This document shows, piece after piece, positions 54,270 to 63,276 of a stretch of DNA of 64,000 bases; the stretch's first letter is position 1, and every line of letters starts with the position of its first letter. Source of the DNA: Candidatus Heimdallarchaeota archaeon (GTDB lineage: Archaea > Asgardarchaeota > Heimdallarchaeia > Hodarchaeales > Hodarchaeaceae); NCBI GenBank assembly GCA_011364965.1, contig RDOB01000004.1, forward strand, positions 392,769 through 456,768, read 5' to 3'. Made by a program: the position numbers and the translations under genes. The notes under the pieces were generated by a model. That model was not told where the DNA came from and did no database searches. It was given only the letters and a program-made list of their open reading frames with translations.

Positions 54270-54671
54270 TCAGGGAAACAAGGGAACTAAATAGAATTGA
54301 TAGACGGCCTGCGCGAGGATCGCACAAATTATTGCAATGCTAAAACTGGACAGGGTTCCAATAAGGTAATACTCAGCAAAATCCTGTTTTTCAAGTTGTT
54401 TAAATCGAGCCATGGATTTGGCAGCTAAAACAAAAGAAATAGCACTATACTGATTTAGCAGGCCGAGTGTGAGGATGATGGTTCGTTCTAAAATCCCAAC
54501 AATAATCCCTGCTCCATGTATTCCCTCAGTTGGAGTTACAGATTCTGATTTTTTGTTGGTTCGTAAAACCTTCAAAATTAAACCTACGACTAATATACCC
54601 CCCCCAACCACAATTAGATAAACTCCCAGTAAATAAATTGCCACTATTTCTATTGGTACCATACGGTTCAC
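54270..54671 (-). CDS. Membrane protein of the SatD-associated (DUF3307-like C-terminal) family
   Basis: AGIIVGILER...LAAKSMARF...AEYYLIGTLSS. Confidence 0.8.
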   Translation of the reverse strand: MNRMVPIEIVAIYLLGVYLIVVGGGILVVGLILKVLRTNKKSESVTPTEGIHGAGIIVGILERTIILTLGLLNQYSAISFVLAAKSMARFKQLEKQDFAEYYLIGTLSSFSIAIICAILAQAVYQFYLVPLFP

Positions 54672-54683
54672 ACTGTTGGATGT

Positions 54684-55007
54684 TTAATAGGGATATACAA
54701 GATGATTCAAGGTATGAATCCCCATTGAAGCAGACTCCCATTGTGCACTTTTAAGAATATTGTAAACGGCCTGTTTAGTAATGAATTTTTCAGCTGTCGA
54801 TTTGAGCAGTTCCCCAATTTTTTCATAGGTAAGACCCTGACGTCTATGCTGGATCACTTCCCTCTGTCTTTCAGTTCAGCTAGACTTGATGGTTTCAAGC
54901 AAAATCCAACTAGTATTGACAAGAAGATCAAATTGAGTCGAAGTGGATTGTACCAAAAGAACATAATTATTCTCTTTAGCATATTGTGTAAGGTTTATAT
55001 TAGTCAA
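54684..55007 (-). pseudogene. 5'-truncated satD-family pseudogene (HTH half)
   Basis: SS*TERQREVIQHRRQGLTYEKIGEL...TKQAVYNILKSAQW aligns with KQWTNTQREVIDQRKKQLTYQEIGEL...SKQAINNILRSAKW of the 55190 ORF. TGA 54876-54878 replaces Trp. Confidence 0.85.
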
Positions 55008-55023
55008 TTAAATTCGATTGACT
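55002..55023. promoter_or_regulatory. Palindromic operator 1 (AGTCAAT-N8-ATTGACT)
   Basis: Perfect 7-bp arms; a second copy lies at 55112. Confidence 0.65.
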
Positions 55024-55111
55024 TGGCGAGAAATTTCTAATAAAATGACATTTCCAGTTTAAAAAATTATTTACAGTCAAGAAATATGATATTATATATA
55101 CAATACGAACA

Positions 55112-55133
55112 AGTCAATATTTAAATATTTACT
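55112..55133. promoter_or_regulatory. Palindromic operator 2 (AGTCAAT-N8-ATTTACT)
   Basis: Same arms and spacing as the 55002 site, one mismatch. Confidence 0.6.
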
Positions 55134-55189
55134 AACGAAAAAAATATAAAAGATGCTTCTTTCAAAAGAATCAGTGGATGTGAGAATTA

Positions 55190-56161
55190 GTGTATATTAT
55201 CATGACAGGCGATATCGTGAAATCAAGGAAAATTAAAAATCGAGTTGACGCACAACATCAATTGAAAAAGACTCTACAAACAATTAATCAAGAATACAAA
55301 TTGCAATTAGAAGCCCCGTTTGTAATTGTTTGGGGAGATTCGTTTCAAGGGGCAATTAAATCATTCAAATACACCTATGAAATATTAGAATCGATTTCTG
55401 AGCTTTTTCCGTATAAATTTCGATGTGGAATCGGAATCGGGGATATTTCAACCAGTTTTTCTACTAATGTATTAGAAATCGATGGTGAAGCGTTATTTAA
55501 TTCAAGATTTTCTTTAAAAGTGGCTACAGTATATAAGCTTGATTTCTGGATTCATTCTCCGAATATGGCATTCAATAAAACCTTGAACACGTTATTCTTA
55601 TTACTGTATACATTAACTAAACAATGGACGAATACTCAACGAGAAGTAATTGATCAACGAAAAAAGCAATTAACATATCAAGAGATCGGAGAACTACGAG
55701 GTGTTTCTAAGCAGGCGATTAATAATATTTTACGAAGCGCGAAGTGGCCTCAAATAGAATTGGCAAAACGATTACTTAGGTCAATAGATATCAATGATTT
55801 CAAAGATTCTAAGACAAATCTAGAAGAATTAATCTCTACCTCTTCCTTAGATTGGGACGAAACAAAAGAAATGAATGGTTTTGAATTTCATAATTGGTTA
55901 AGCGAAAAATTCGATATTCTCATGCTATCGACAACTCGTGATGGTGGATTAGATGGTATTCTTAGTACGGGTATTCCATGCCAAGTAAAGAAGGGGCATG
56001 TGGGACCGAAATCAGTTAGAGATTTTGCGTCTGTATTAAATGATTTAGAATCAAAAAAGGGGATTATTTTTGGAAAATCATTTTCAGAGGAGGCTAGAAA
56101 ATATTCTGTTTTTAAATTAAAGGATCAAGGTATAGAGATCAAGCTAATTGAATTTCAATAA
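55190..56161 (+). CDS. SatD-family protein fused to C-terminal Mrr-like restriction endonuclease domain
   Basis: MTGDIVKSR, WGDSFQG, RCGIGIG, DGEA (SatD); HTH; GFEFHNW...RDGGLDG...CQVKK..VGPKSVRDF...KGII...FSEEA (Mrr_cat-like). Confidence 0.82.
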   Translation: MYIIMTGDIVKSRKIKNRVDAQHQLKKTLQTINQEYKLQLEAPFVIVWGDSFQGAIKSFKYTYEILESISELFPYKFRCGIGIGDISTSFSTNVLEIDGEALFNSRFSLKVATVYKLDFWIHSPNMAFNKTLNTLFLLLYTLTKQWTNTQREVIDQRKKQLTYQEIGELRGVSKQAINNILRSAKWPQIELAKRLLRSIDINDFKDSKTNLEELISTSSLDWDETKEMNGFEFHNWLSEKFDILMLSTTRDGGLDGILSTGIPCQVKKGHVGPKSVRDFASVLNDLESKKGIIFGKSFSEEARKYSVFKLKDQGIEIKLIEFQ

Positions 56162-56417
56162 TGAGTAGTTTTGATAGATAAATCAACTGAATAAAGTTAA
56201 CGTCTTACCATATAATTAGGTGAGAAGTTCGAGGATTAATACATCTAAAAAGGAGGGAGAAAAATAGAGAAGGAAAGAAGAAGAATTATAATACCTAATA
56301 GGTAGAAAAATCCCATTAATGGCTGAAAGAACCCCAACCAGCGTAAATAATTGTTTATCCCGATTTCTATCTGAGGTAAATTTTGCACCAAGTTGTTAAG
56401 AAATTCTTGAACAAGGA

Positions 56418-56996
56418 TTAAAAATGAATAATGAATTCACAGGTCTTAGCTCCTGAAATAATGGATTGAACCAATTCGATATCGACCGATTGGTAAAGCG
56501 CAGTTTCAAACAATTGTTTATACCAGCCAATAGAGCAATAACAATAGGTCTTGGTTAAAAATTTCTCCTCTGTCTGTTTAACCTGGCCACAGTAACATTT
56601 GTTGTAGCCACCAGTAATCGTATGCGCATCTTTAAGGAGTAATCGGCCACCCCCTATTCCATTCTTGTTCAATTTCTCAAGAAATTCAGGAATGTTGTTA
56701 GATTCTCCCATGAGAGTTTTAACTCGTTTTCGAGTAGTTGTCCCACAACACATTCGTCCACACGATTCCATGATTTTTTGGCCATTCTCGGCTCCAAGTT
56801 CGATTTCCAATCGTTTAATAGCGCCTTTAATCCAGCTAGCTTTGATACGATTATTAGAGGTCGAGGTATATACGTGGGCATCTTTCATAATGCGAAATAC
56901 AACAGTGTTAGACGTTTCTTGTTGCAGGATTTTCGCGAAGCGACCAATTCTGCCTGTTTTAGGGAGTTGACTGAATTCTTGGGTTTTTGGGGACAT
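56418..56996 (-). CDS. Cys-rich V4R-like/DUF6144-type protein
   Basis: CGRMCC, KCYCG, YCYCSIGW, SIISGAKTCEF. Confidence 0.7.
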   Translation of the reverse strand: MSPKTQEFSQLPKTGRIGRFAKILQQETSNTVVFRIMKDAHVYTSTSNNRIKASWIKGAIKRLEIELGAENGQKIMESCGRMCCGTTTRKRVKTLMGESNNIPEFLEKLNKNGIGGGRLLLKDAHTITGGYNKCYCGQVKQTEEKFLTKTYCYCSIGWYKQLFETALYQSVDIELVQSIISGAKTCEFIIHF

Positions 56997-57512
56997 CAGA
57001 TGATCACTTACAAACCGGTTTCAATTACCACAGCACTAATACATTTCAGTTCTATATAATATTTTCTTGAAGTTCTGGATTCGAATTTTTTTTCCTAAAT
57101 GGGGAAATGATAAGCTTATAGAAAAGAAAAAACCAGACTGAGAGAATAATAGGATTTAGGGAGCATTGCCAATCGTTAAGGAGTAAATGAGGAAGATCCT
57201 GAGAATATTCTGGTACCCAAATCCCAGCGATATAAGGGATTGCAGAGATAAAGAAGACTGATCAAGCAAAGAAAAGCAAGGGGATGACGATAAATGCTCC
57301 AACATCCCAGTAGGATGAACGCGCATAGTAGAATAAGAGATCATTAACATAAAATTAGCCATTTAAAGTATACTAGGCAATTAATAGTTTTAAGTTATGA
57401 AAAAACCGTAAATTCAGCTATAATATTTCACACGGGGTCTTCTCTTAATTCTGTTCAAAATTAATAATTAAGGAGAACATCATCAATATAAATCCTCTCT
57501 GGATTGAGACTC

Positions 57513-59018
57513 TCATTTTTGGGAAAAACGATACCCACAGGTAATACAAAAGCTGGAATTCTCGATTCGATTGGTTCCACAAGTTGGACAAAACCTAATA
57601 GGAGAAATAATCTCTTCCTTCATAGCTACAGTAGGAGTTTCAACTTCTATTTCAGGTCTCATTTGTGATTCAGTTCTCAATTGTTGCCTGCAATTCGGAC
57701 ATGATGAAGAATGTTTAGAAAGGATTTGAGAACAGCGGGGACACCGGGAATAACTCCACTGGACAGTGGATTTTCTAAAACGAAGCTCAATGACAAGATA
57801 GTATAAAATAAATCCCCCCATAACGAAACCTACAAAAAAAGTTACAGACGAATATTGCATGCTTTCTTTGACTATAGAATTTAATCCTTTATCCATCAGG
57901 AACGAAATAAATGTCGCAAATACAAGCGATAGCCCTAGAAGGAAGGTAAGAAGAATAGAATTGGGTTGTCGGGGTAAAATTTTTTGAAAGTGAATTCTCT
58001 CTGTCACTAAAGCGATTAAAAATAGACAGAGATAACTGTATAGAAGGATTAGAAAGATATGGTTTTCAGAACTTGATTCGAAAAAACCAAGGATCAATAC
58101 TGGGAGTAAGATAAACCCAAAACAAGCAATAGTTGCCCAAATCAGAAAATTTGAATATGAAAAAGGAGTAGAAATATTAAAATTACAATTAGGGCACCAG
58201 TTTTGTGTAATGAGAAGTTTCTTTGAACAGTGAGGGCACCAGATCTCTTCGTGAATAGGGTTCAAGCGCCATAAGCGTTTAGAAAGCGCTATATGAGGTT
58301 TCACCCATGTGATCATTAATAAAAATACTAATAACTTCTGGAAGAAGGATCTTTCGTTAGAGAGGACTTTAGTATACTTTTGAAGAATCTTAACATATTC
58401 ATTGGTTAGATTAAACGCAAAATTGTCTGCGTTGTGTATTTGCCTCATCTCGTTTATTCCATTACGAGCGATGAGAATATAGTTAATAAAAAGCCAAACG
58501 AGCAATGGAAATTGAAGATCAAATTGACCCCCTCTAAGAGGCGCGAATAAACTAATTACTAAAATTAGGAATAAAATATCTAAAATTATAAGAACTAGGA
58601 AAGATCGATAAAAGGACATTTTTCGGAGAGTTATCCTTTTAAGATGTTTAACTAGTAAGATTTTGTAAATAAGAAATCCCAGCATCCCTTTTCGATCAAC
58701 AGAGGAAAAAGGTTCAGAGAAAAAGCGAGAGGAGATTAATAAGGTAGATTTCTCAAACTTGTTGTTTATCATTGAGGCTTTATCAAGAAAAATCATTTGA
58801 GGAATAGAGGAAGAATAAATTTTGATATCTAGATCTGCTAGTTCTTTTTGTTGAAGGAGCTCCTGAAGGTTCGCAAGAGAGAGGACCTCACTGGGTTCGA
58901 TTATTTCATATTGTATTCGATATAAACGTGCATTTAGGTAGAAATTCACAAACCACATAACAATAGTTGTAATAGCGTATCCTTCAAGAAAAATAATGAA
59001 GTAGTCGATCAGACTCAT
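57513..59018 (-). CDS. Membrane protein with degenerate M48-peptidase-like domain and three double zinc ribbons
   Basis: RQIHNADNFA and KPHIALSKRL echo M48 motifs but HExxH is absent; CPHC/CPNC, CPRC/CPNC, CPTC/CITC. Confidence 0.6.
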   Translation of the reverse strand: MSLIDYFIIFLEGYAITTIVMWFVNFYLNARLYRIQYEIIEPSEVLSLANLQELLQQKELADLDIKIYSSSIPQMIFLDKASMINNKFEKSTLLISSRFFSEPFSSVDRKGMLGFLIYKILLVKHLKRITLRKMSFYRSFLVLIILDILFLILVISLFAPLRGGQFDLQFPLLVWLFINYILIARNGINEMRQIHNADNFAFNLTNEYVKILQKYTKVLSNERSFFQKLLVFLLMITWVKPHIALSKRLWRLNPIHEEIWCPHCSKKLLITQNWCPNCNFNISTPFSYSNFLIWATIACFGFILLPVLILGFFESSSENHIFLILLYSYLCLFLIALVTERIHFQKILPRQPNSILLTFLLGLSLVFATFISFLMDKGLNSIVKESMQYSSVTFFVGFVMGGFILYYLVIELRFRKSTVQWSYSRCPRCSQILSKHSSSCPNCRQQLRTESQMRPEIEVETPTVAMKEEIISPIRFCPTCGTNRIENSSFCITCGYRFSQK

Positions 59019-59529
59019 ATTTTACCCCTGAAGTTCACAAACTGCGTCAAGCTTTATAAACTCTTAGAGAGAAAAAGAAAATCCATTATACTGCTTCTAT
59101 AAATATGAACCATTTTTTTCTATTTTCAACAGCTCTTTCTTAATACGTTTCCCTAGCAAACAGACATTAGATCAAGCAAGAACTGCTGTAATGGAGTATT
59201 AAGAAATACATTTTAAACATATTTTCCTTCATAATTGGCGTTTTTAAGCCATAAAAACTGGAAAAAAGCTGAAAACAAAGATAAAACTTCTTTATGAATA
59301 TTTAGGTAGTAGTTCAAAACGCGCATCATTATGACGCTCACGGGTAGCTAAGGCATTTTTTTGTAAAGACAAGAAGAATTTCCTGAGAGCGCGGGAGATC
59401 AGTTTCAGCATTGAATTCAAAATAATCAAAACTGGTGTCAGGTTCTCCAATAAGGACAATTTTCAAGAGATTTTCATTCTCAGAAGCCTGTTCAAAACAC
59501 TACTTCAGCAGCTTTATTGAAAAATAATT

Positions 59530-59677
59530 TACTTTCAATTATTATTGCTTTAATATATTTCATTCCTTTTGCTATTGGATAAAAATGGAAGAAAAGGAAT
59601 TAATCAAACGATTCGGAGAAGAACATCGAAAATATATTAAAAAAACCCATGTTTTTTCCCATATCGTAAAAATATAA
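59530..59677 (+). pseudogene. C-terminal remnant of an ICMT/PEMT-family methyltransferase
   Basis: MEEKELIKRFGEEHRKYIKK then frameshifted PMFFP. Confidence 0.55.
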
Positions 59678-59753
59678 GAAATTCATGGGATTTCCATTTT
59701 CTAGAGGAGAAAATTGAAAAAACTGTATCTCTGAAAGGCAATAAAAAGAGTTT

Positions 59754-60755
59754 TTAATCATATGGAGTGTGATCATAAGGAAAGGGAATGAGGGGTTTAT
59801 TATCTAGAATATTTTCGATTTCTTCCAAATCTTCTTGAGATAAAGAGAACTGTACGGACTGTGTATTTTCAATGATTTGAGAAGAGGTTGATGCACCTGT
59901 AATCGCAGATGTAATTTGAGGTTGCCGAAGAATCCAAGCTAGAGATAATTGGGATTGATACATCTTAAGTTCTGAAGCTAGGGTTGATAATCTAACTAAT
60001 TTTGATCGAAGATTATTTTTTTCAAGTATTTCTTGAAATCTTTTAGCTCTTTCTTCAGTTTGACCTCCCCGACTAGTAGAAGGGATATTTTTATTATATT
60101 TTCCTGTTAAAATCCCATAATAAAGTGGTGACCAAACCACAATACCCATTTCATAACGTTTGCAAATATCTATTACCTCGTTTTCGATATATCTGTCAAT
60201 CATATTATATCGAGGTTGTTCAACACTTGGCAAAGCCAAATTATGTTCCTTTGCGACACATATTATCCTTTCAAGCTCAGCAGCCGTAAAAATCGATGTC
60301 CCCCAATAATGAATCTTCCCTTGTGTAATCAGATCATCCATAGTACGAACAGTTTCCAAAAGATTAGTCCTTAAATCATATGAATGGCAAAAGTAAATAT
60401 CCAGATAATCTAGAGAAAACCGAGTCAAAGAATTCTCGATTGATTCTTTTATATGTTTTCGGCCTAATCCACGATTATTAACATTTTTACTCATTTCCCA
60501 ATAAACCTTAGAACTAATGACCAAATCTTTTCGTGAAACTACCTCGTCCTTAAGGAAGCTTCCAATAATCTCCTCTGCTTTTCCAGTAGCATATATATCT
60601 GCGCAATCAAAGAAATTGATTCCATTCTCGACAGCTGTTATCATACATTTCTTCGAAGCCTCTTCATCTATACTTTCTCCATAAGTCATCCAAGAGCCCA
60701 AAGCAATTTCACTTAAAAATAATCCTGTACTACCCATGCGTCTATATTTCATCAT
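59754..60755 (-). CDS. Aldo/keto reductase (Kv-beta-like subfamily)
   Basis: LGSWMTYG, FFDCADIY, SSKVYW, DYLDIYFCH, WSPL. Confidence 0.95.
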   Translation of the reverse strand: MMKYRRMGSTGLFLSEIALGSWMTYGESIDEEASKKCMITAVENGINFFDCADIYATGKAEEIIGSFLKDEVVSRKDLVISSKVYWEMSKNVNNRGLGRKHIKESIENSLTRFSLDYLDIYFCHSYDLRTNLLETVRTMDDLITQGKIHYWGTSIFTAAELERIICVAKEHNLALPSVEQPRYNMIDRYIENEVIDICKRYEMGIVVWSPLYYGILTGKYNKNIPSTSRGGQTEERAKRFQEILEKNNLRSKLVRLSTLASELKMYQSQLSLAWILRQPQITSAITGASTSSQIIENTQSVQFSLSQEDLEEIENILDNKPLIPFPYDHTPYD

Positions 60756-60914
60756 TACTCTTCCTAAAACATAAATTGATAAATTAAATTAAATTTAACA
60801 ATTATGGTTAATGGTTCGCAATGCTAGTATTTATAATTTACCTCACTGGTAATTGATCAACCTTCATATACAAAAATTTAAATAAGCAGAGTTATAGTTT
60901 ATAATGAACAGTAA

Positions 60915-61574
60915 ATGCATCAAGAACCAGATCAGACACAGGATTTCATCACATATGAACCTGAGATAGTTAAATATCTCACGGAAGATCAGATAAAGTT
61001 AGTAAATGAGTACGATAGAATTATCAAAGCATTAAAGAATAAATACTTGACTGTTAAAGAAATTCACGAACTTTATTTTAATTTCGACTTAAAAAAGTAT
61101 AGATACAGTTTGAAAACCATCTATAAACATCTTGATAAGCTAGATAAACATGGACTTGTTAAAATCGCAGGTTATAGAGCGGTCAAAGGAAAAAGAGTGT
61201 CTGAAAAGATCTATACTCGAACAGCTCATTTATTTTATCCAATGTTTATTACCAAACCATCCAAAGAAGAGGAGGAAAAGCACTGGCATAATGCAAATGG
61301 AATTTATCATATATTATCTTATTTAATGAAGAAACAAAATATACCTTCAGGTCAAAAGGAACAATTTTTCGATTTCTATGGCCATTTTCAAAAAATAAAA
61401 TTTAATATCCTCCTTGAGATCTTGGAATCCCTAACAAGTAATATGGAGATTGCTGCTTTCCTTAGTTCCATCAGTGTAGATGAAGTAAATGATGTTAATG
61501 ATATTATTACAATTTTAGCTTACTTCATTCGGTTCCCTGAGATGTTAGAGCAATTAAAAGGCATTTTTATTTGA
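60915..61574 (+). CDS. Winged-helix domain protein
   Basis: LTVKEI...KTIYKHLDKLDKHGLVKIAG...EKIYTRTA. Confidence 0.75.
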   Translation: MHQEPDQTQDFITYEPEIVKYLTEDQIKLVNEYDRIIKALKNKYLTVKEIHELYFNFDLKKYRYSLKTIYKHLDKLDKHGLVKIAGYRAVKGKRVSEKIYTRTAHLFYPMFITKPSKEEEEKHWHNANGIYHILSYLMKKQNIPSGQKEQFFDFYGHFQKIKFNILLEILESLTSNMEIAAFLSSISVDEVNDVNDIITILAYFIRFPEMLEQLKGIFI

Positions 61575-61809
61575 AAAATTTACCCTATTTACTTCTCAAA
61601 ACCCTTTAATAAAGGAATATCAAGCTTTTTCTTTGAATAAAATGTTAGTTTAAAACTTCAATATAAATCGATACTCCCAAATTCCTATCTTAATACTAAG
61701 GTCCTAATCAATATAAATTATTGCCAATTTTTTTTTTCACCTTTGAAAAATCTTTTTTTCAAAAAAAAATATAAGAAATGAAATTTCTAATCTATTTGGT
61801 GATAAAAAT

Positions 61810-62364
61810 ATGTCCATTCCCTCGGAAAGTGTGATTATTAAGGCCATTTCACATGATATTAGACGAGAGATTTTAAGAATGGTTAATATCGAACCACGAA
61901 AATTTACTGATCTTTTAAACTTTTTTGATATTTCAACAGGAAAATTAAATTATCATCTAAACCAGATTCAGGGTTTTATAATGAAAAATGAAGAGACGTC
62001 ACTCTATGGAATTTCTTCGTTGGGTTTGAAAGCTCTTGAAATACTGGATATGATTAATCAAGATATTCAAGATACAGATCAGTCATTATTGAAAAAAGCT
62101 TTTATCTCTCAAAAAGAAGCAAGTAGTCCGTTAGCTCTTCAAGGAATAAACATTAGTATTGGAATGATCTGTTTTTTTATTATAATTCATATTTTATTAT
62201 CAATTATTGTCATCACTGATCCAAAGACTCCATTTATTGTTCCTTTTTTATTGGCAGCAATATTAATTGGAGAAGTATTAATTTTAATATGGCTTTTTAG
62301 GATAAAAAAATCAATCCCAACCTTCTTAAACCGTTTTTTTAAACATTTGAATGAAAATCAATAA
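61810..62364 (+). CDS. ArsR-like wHTH regulator with two C-terminal TM helices
   Basis: KAISHDIRREIL, STGKLNYHL, YGISSLG; two hydrophobic segments near the C-terminus. Confidence 0.8.
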   Translation: MSIPSESVIIKAISHDIRREILRMVNIEPRKFTDLLNFFDISTGKLNYHLNQIQGFIMKNEETSLYGISSLGLKALEILDMINQDIQDTDQSLLKKAFISQKEASSPLALQGINISIGMICFFIIIHILLSIIVITDPKTPFIVPFLLAAILIGEVLILIWLFRIKKSIPTFLNRFFKHLNENQ

Positions 62365-62399
62365 TAATTTAGATTATTGAGATAAGTGAGAACACTAAT

Positions 62400-63158
62400 A
62401 TGCAAAAAATTCGCTTTAGAAAGAGAAAAATCTCAATAGAAAGTTATTTCTCTTTATTACTCATTTTCTTTATGTTATTGCCTATCGTACCTCTTATAGC
62501 GTTTATTAATATGTTTGCTCATGAGGGTGGTCATGGCTTGGTAATAGTACCAGCTATCATCATTAATCAGGAAATTCCAGGTGTTCCCACGGAAGGAATG
62601 CAAGAAAATCCATTTAAAAAATTTCCAATGGGTATATTCTCATTGATTCTAGCGTTTCCTTTGGGCATTATAGCAAATGGAGTTTTATTATATCTTGCTA
62701 TTAAAAATATATTATTAATTAGGAATTATGAATCAATAAAAGAATTAATCCAGTTCTCAATTCTATTATCATTCTCGATTCTTAATTTCAGCGCCATATT
62801 AACCAATTTTTTCGGATCTGATTTTGCATTCCTTGTTAAAGATATTTTACAGGTTCCTATTGAGGAACAGTGGTTTAAATATACGTTACGTATCATTTCA
62901 TATTTAGTTTTTCCAATCCTCTTAACAATCCTCCAAGATTTGGAGCTCGAAAAAATACTAATTATTATTGTTGCTACATATTTATCGAATCAGATTACAG
63001 TTGAGCTAATTGTCCCTTTGGTCACACCACTGTTAATGGTTAACTTTTGGTGGCTGTTTATCATTGGATTGCCAGTATTAATTATTGTAATGTTGTTTCT
63101 AATTAAGAATCTTGAATTATTACAAGATAGGAGGAGTGAGGATTTGGGAATGACATGA
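62400..63158 (+). CDS. Multi-pass membrane protein with HExxH (M50/site-2-protease-like)
   Basis: NMFAHEGGHG at the end of TM1; later NFFGSD. Confidence 0.6.
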   Translation: MQKIRFRKRKISIESYFSLLLIFFMLLPIVPLIAFINMFAHEGGHGLVIVPAIIINQEIPGVPTEGMQENPFKKFPMGIFSLILAFPLGIIANGVLLYLAIKNILLIRNYESIKELIQFSILLSFSILNFSAILTNFFGSDFAFLVKDILQVPIEEQWFKYTLRIISYLVFPILLTILQDLELEKILIIIVATYLSNQITVELIVPLVTPLLMVNFWWLFIIGLPVLIIVMLFLIKNLELLQDRRSEDLGMT

Positions 63159-63276
63159 TTACAGGAGACTTCAATTATGATAATTTCGTGTATCAAGTTA
63201 TAAAAAGGTTACAAATTTGACATAAGAAATTATATAGATTTTTATTCATGAAATATAAAGCAGAAGTTGATAAAAC

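Noticed and set aside
54741-55040. 99-aa plus-strand ORF and small overlapping ORFs near 54526-54754
   Set aside because: They are antisense or alternative-frame shadows of the satD pseudogene and membrane gene.
37615-57350. Alternative genetic code, pyrrolysine or selenocysteine readthrough of in-frame TAG/TGA
   Set aside because: All three stop codons terminate core genes here (rpoA1 TGA, rps8 TAG). The affected genes also show truncation or frameshifts, and the aligned TGA replaces Trp, not Cys.
29308-59018. Eukaryote-like CAAX processing pathway (Rce1-like, ICMT-like, Ste24-like) for the Rab-like GTPase
   Set aside because: These families are widespread in prokaryotes, the genes are unlinked, the M48-like protein lacks HExxH, and the GTPase has no C-terminal Cys.
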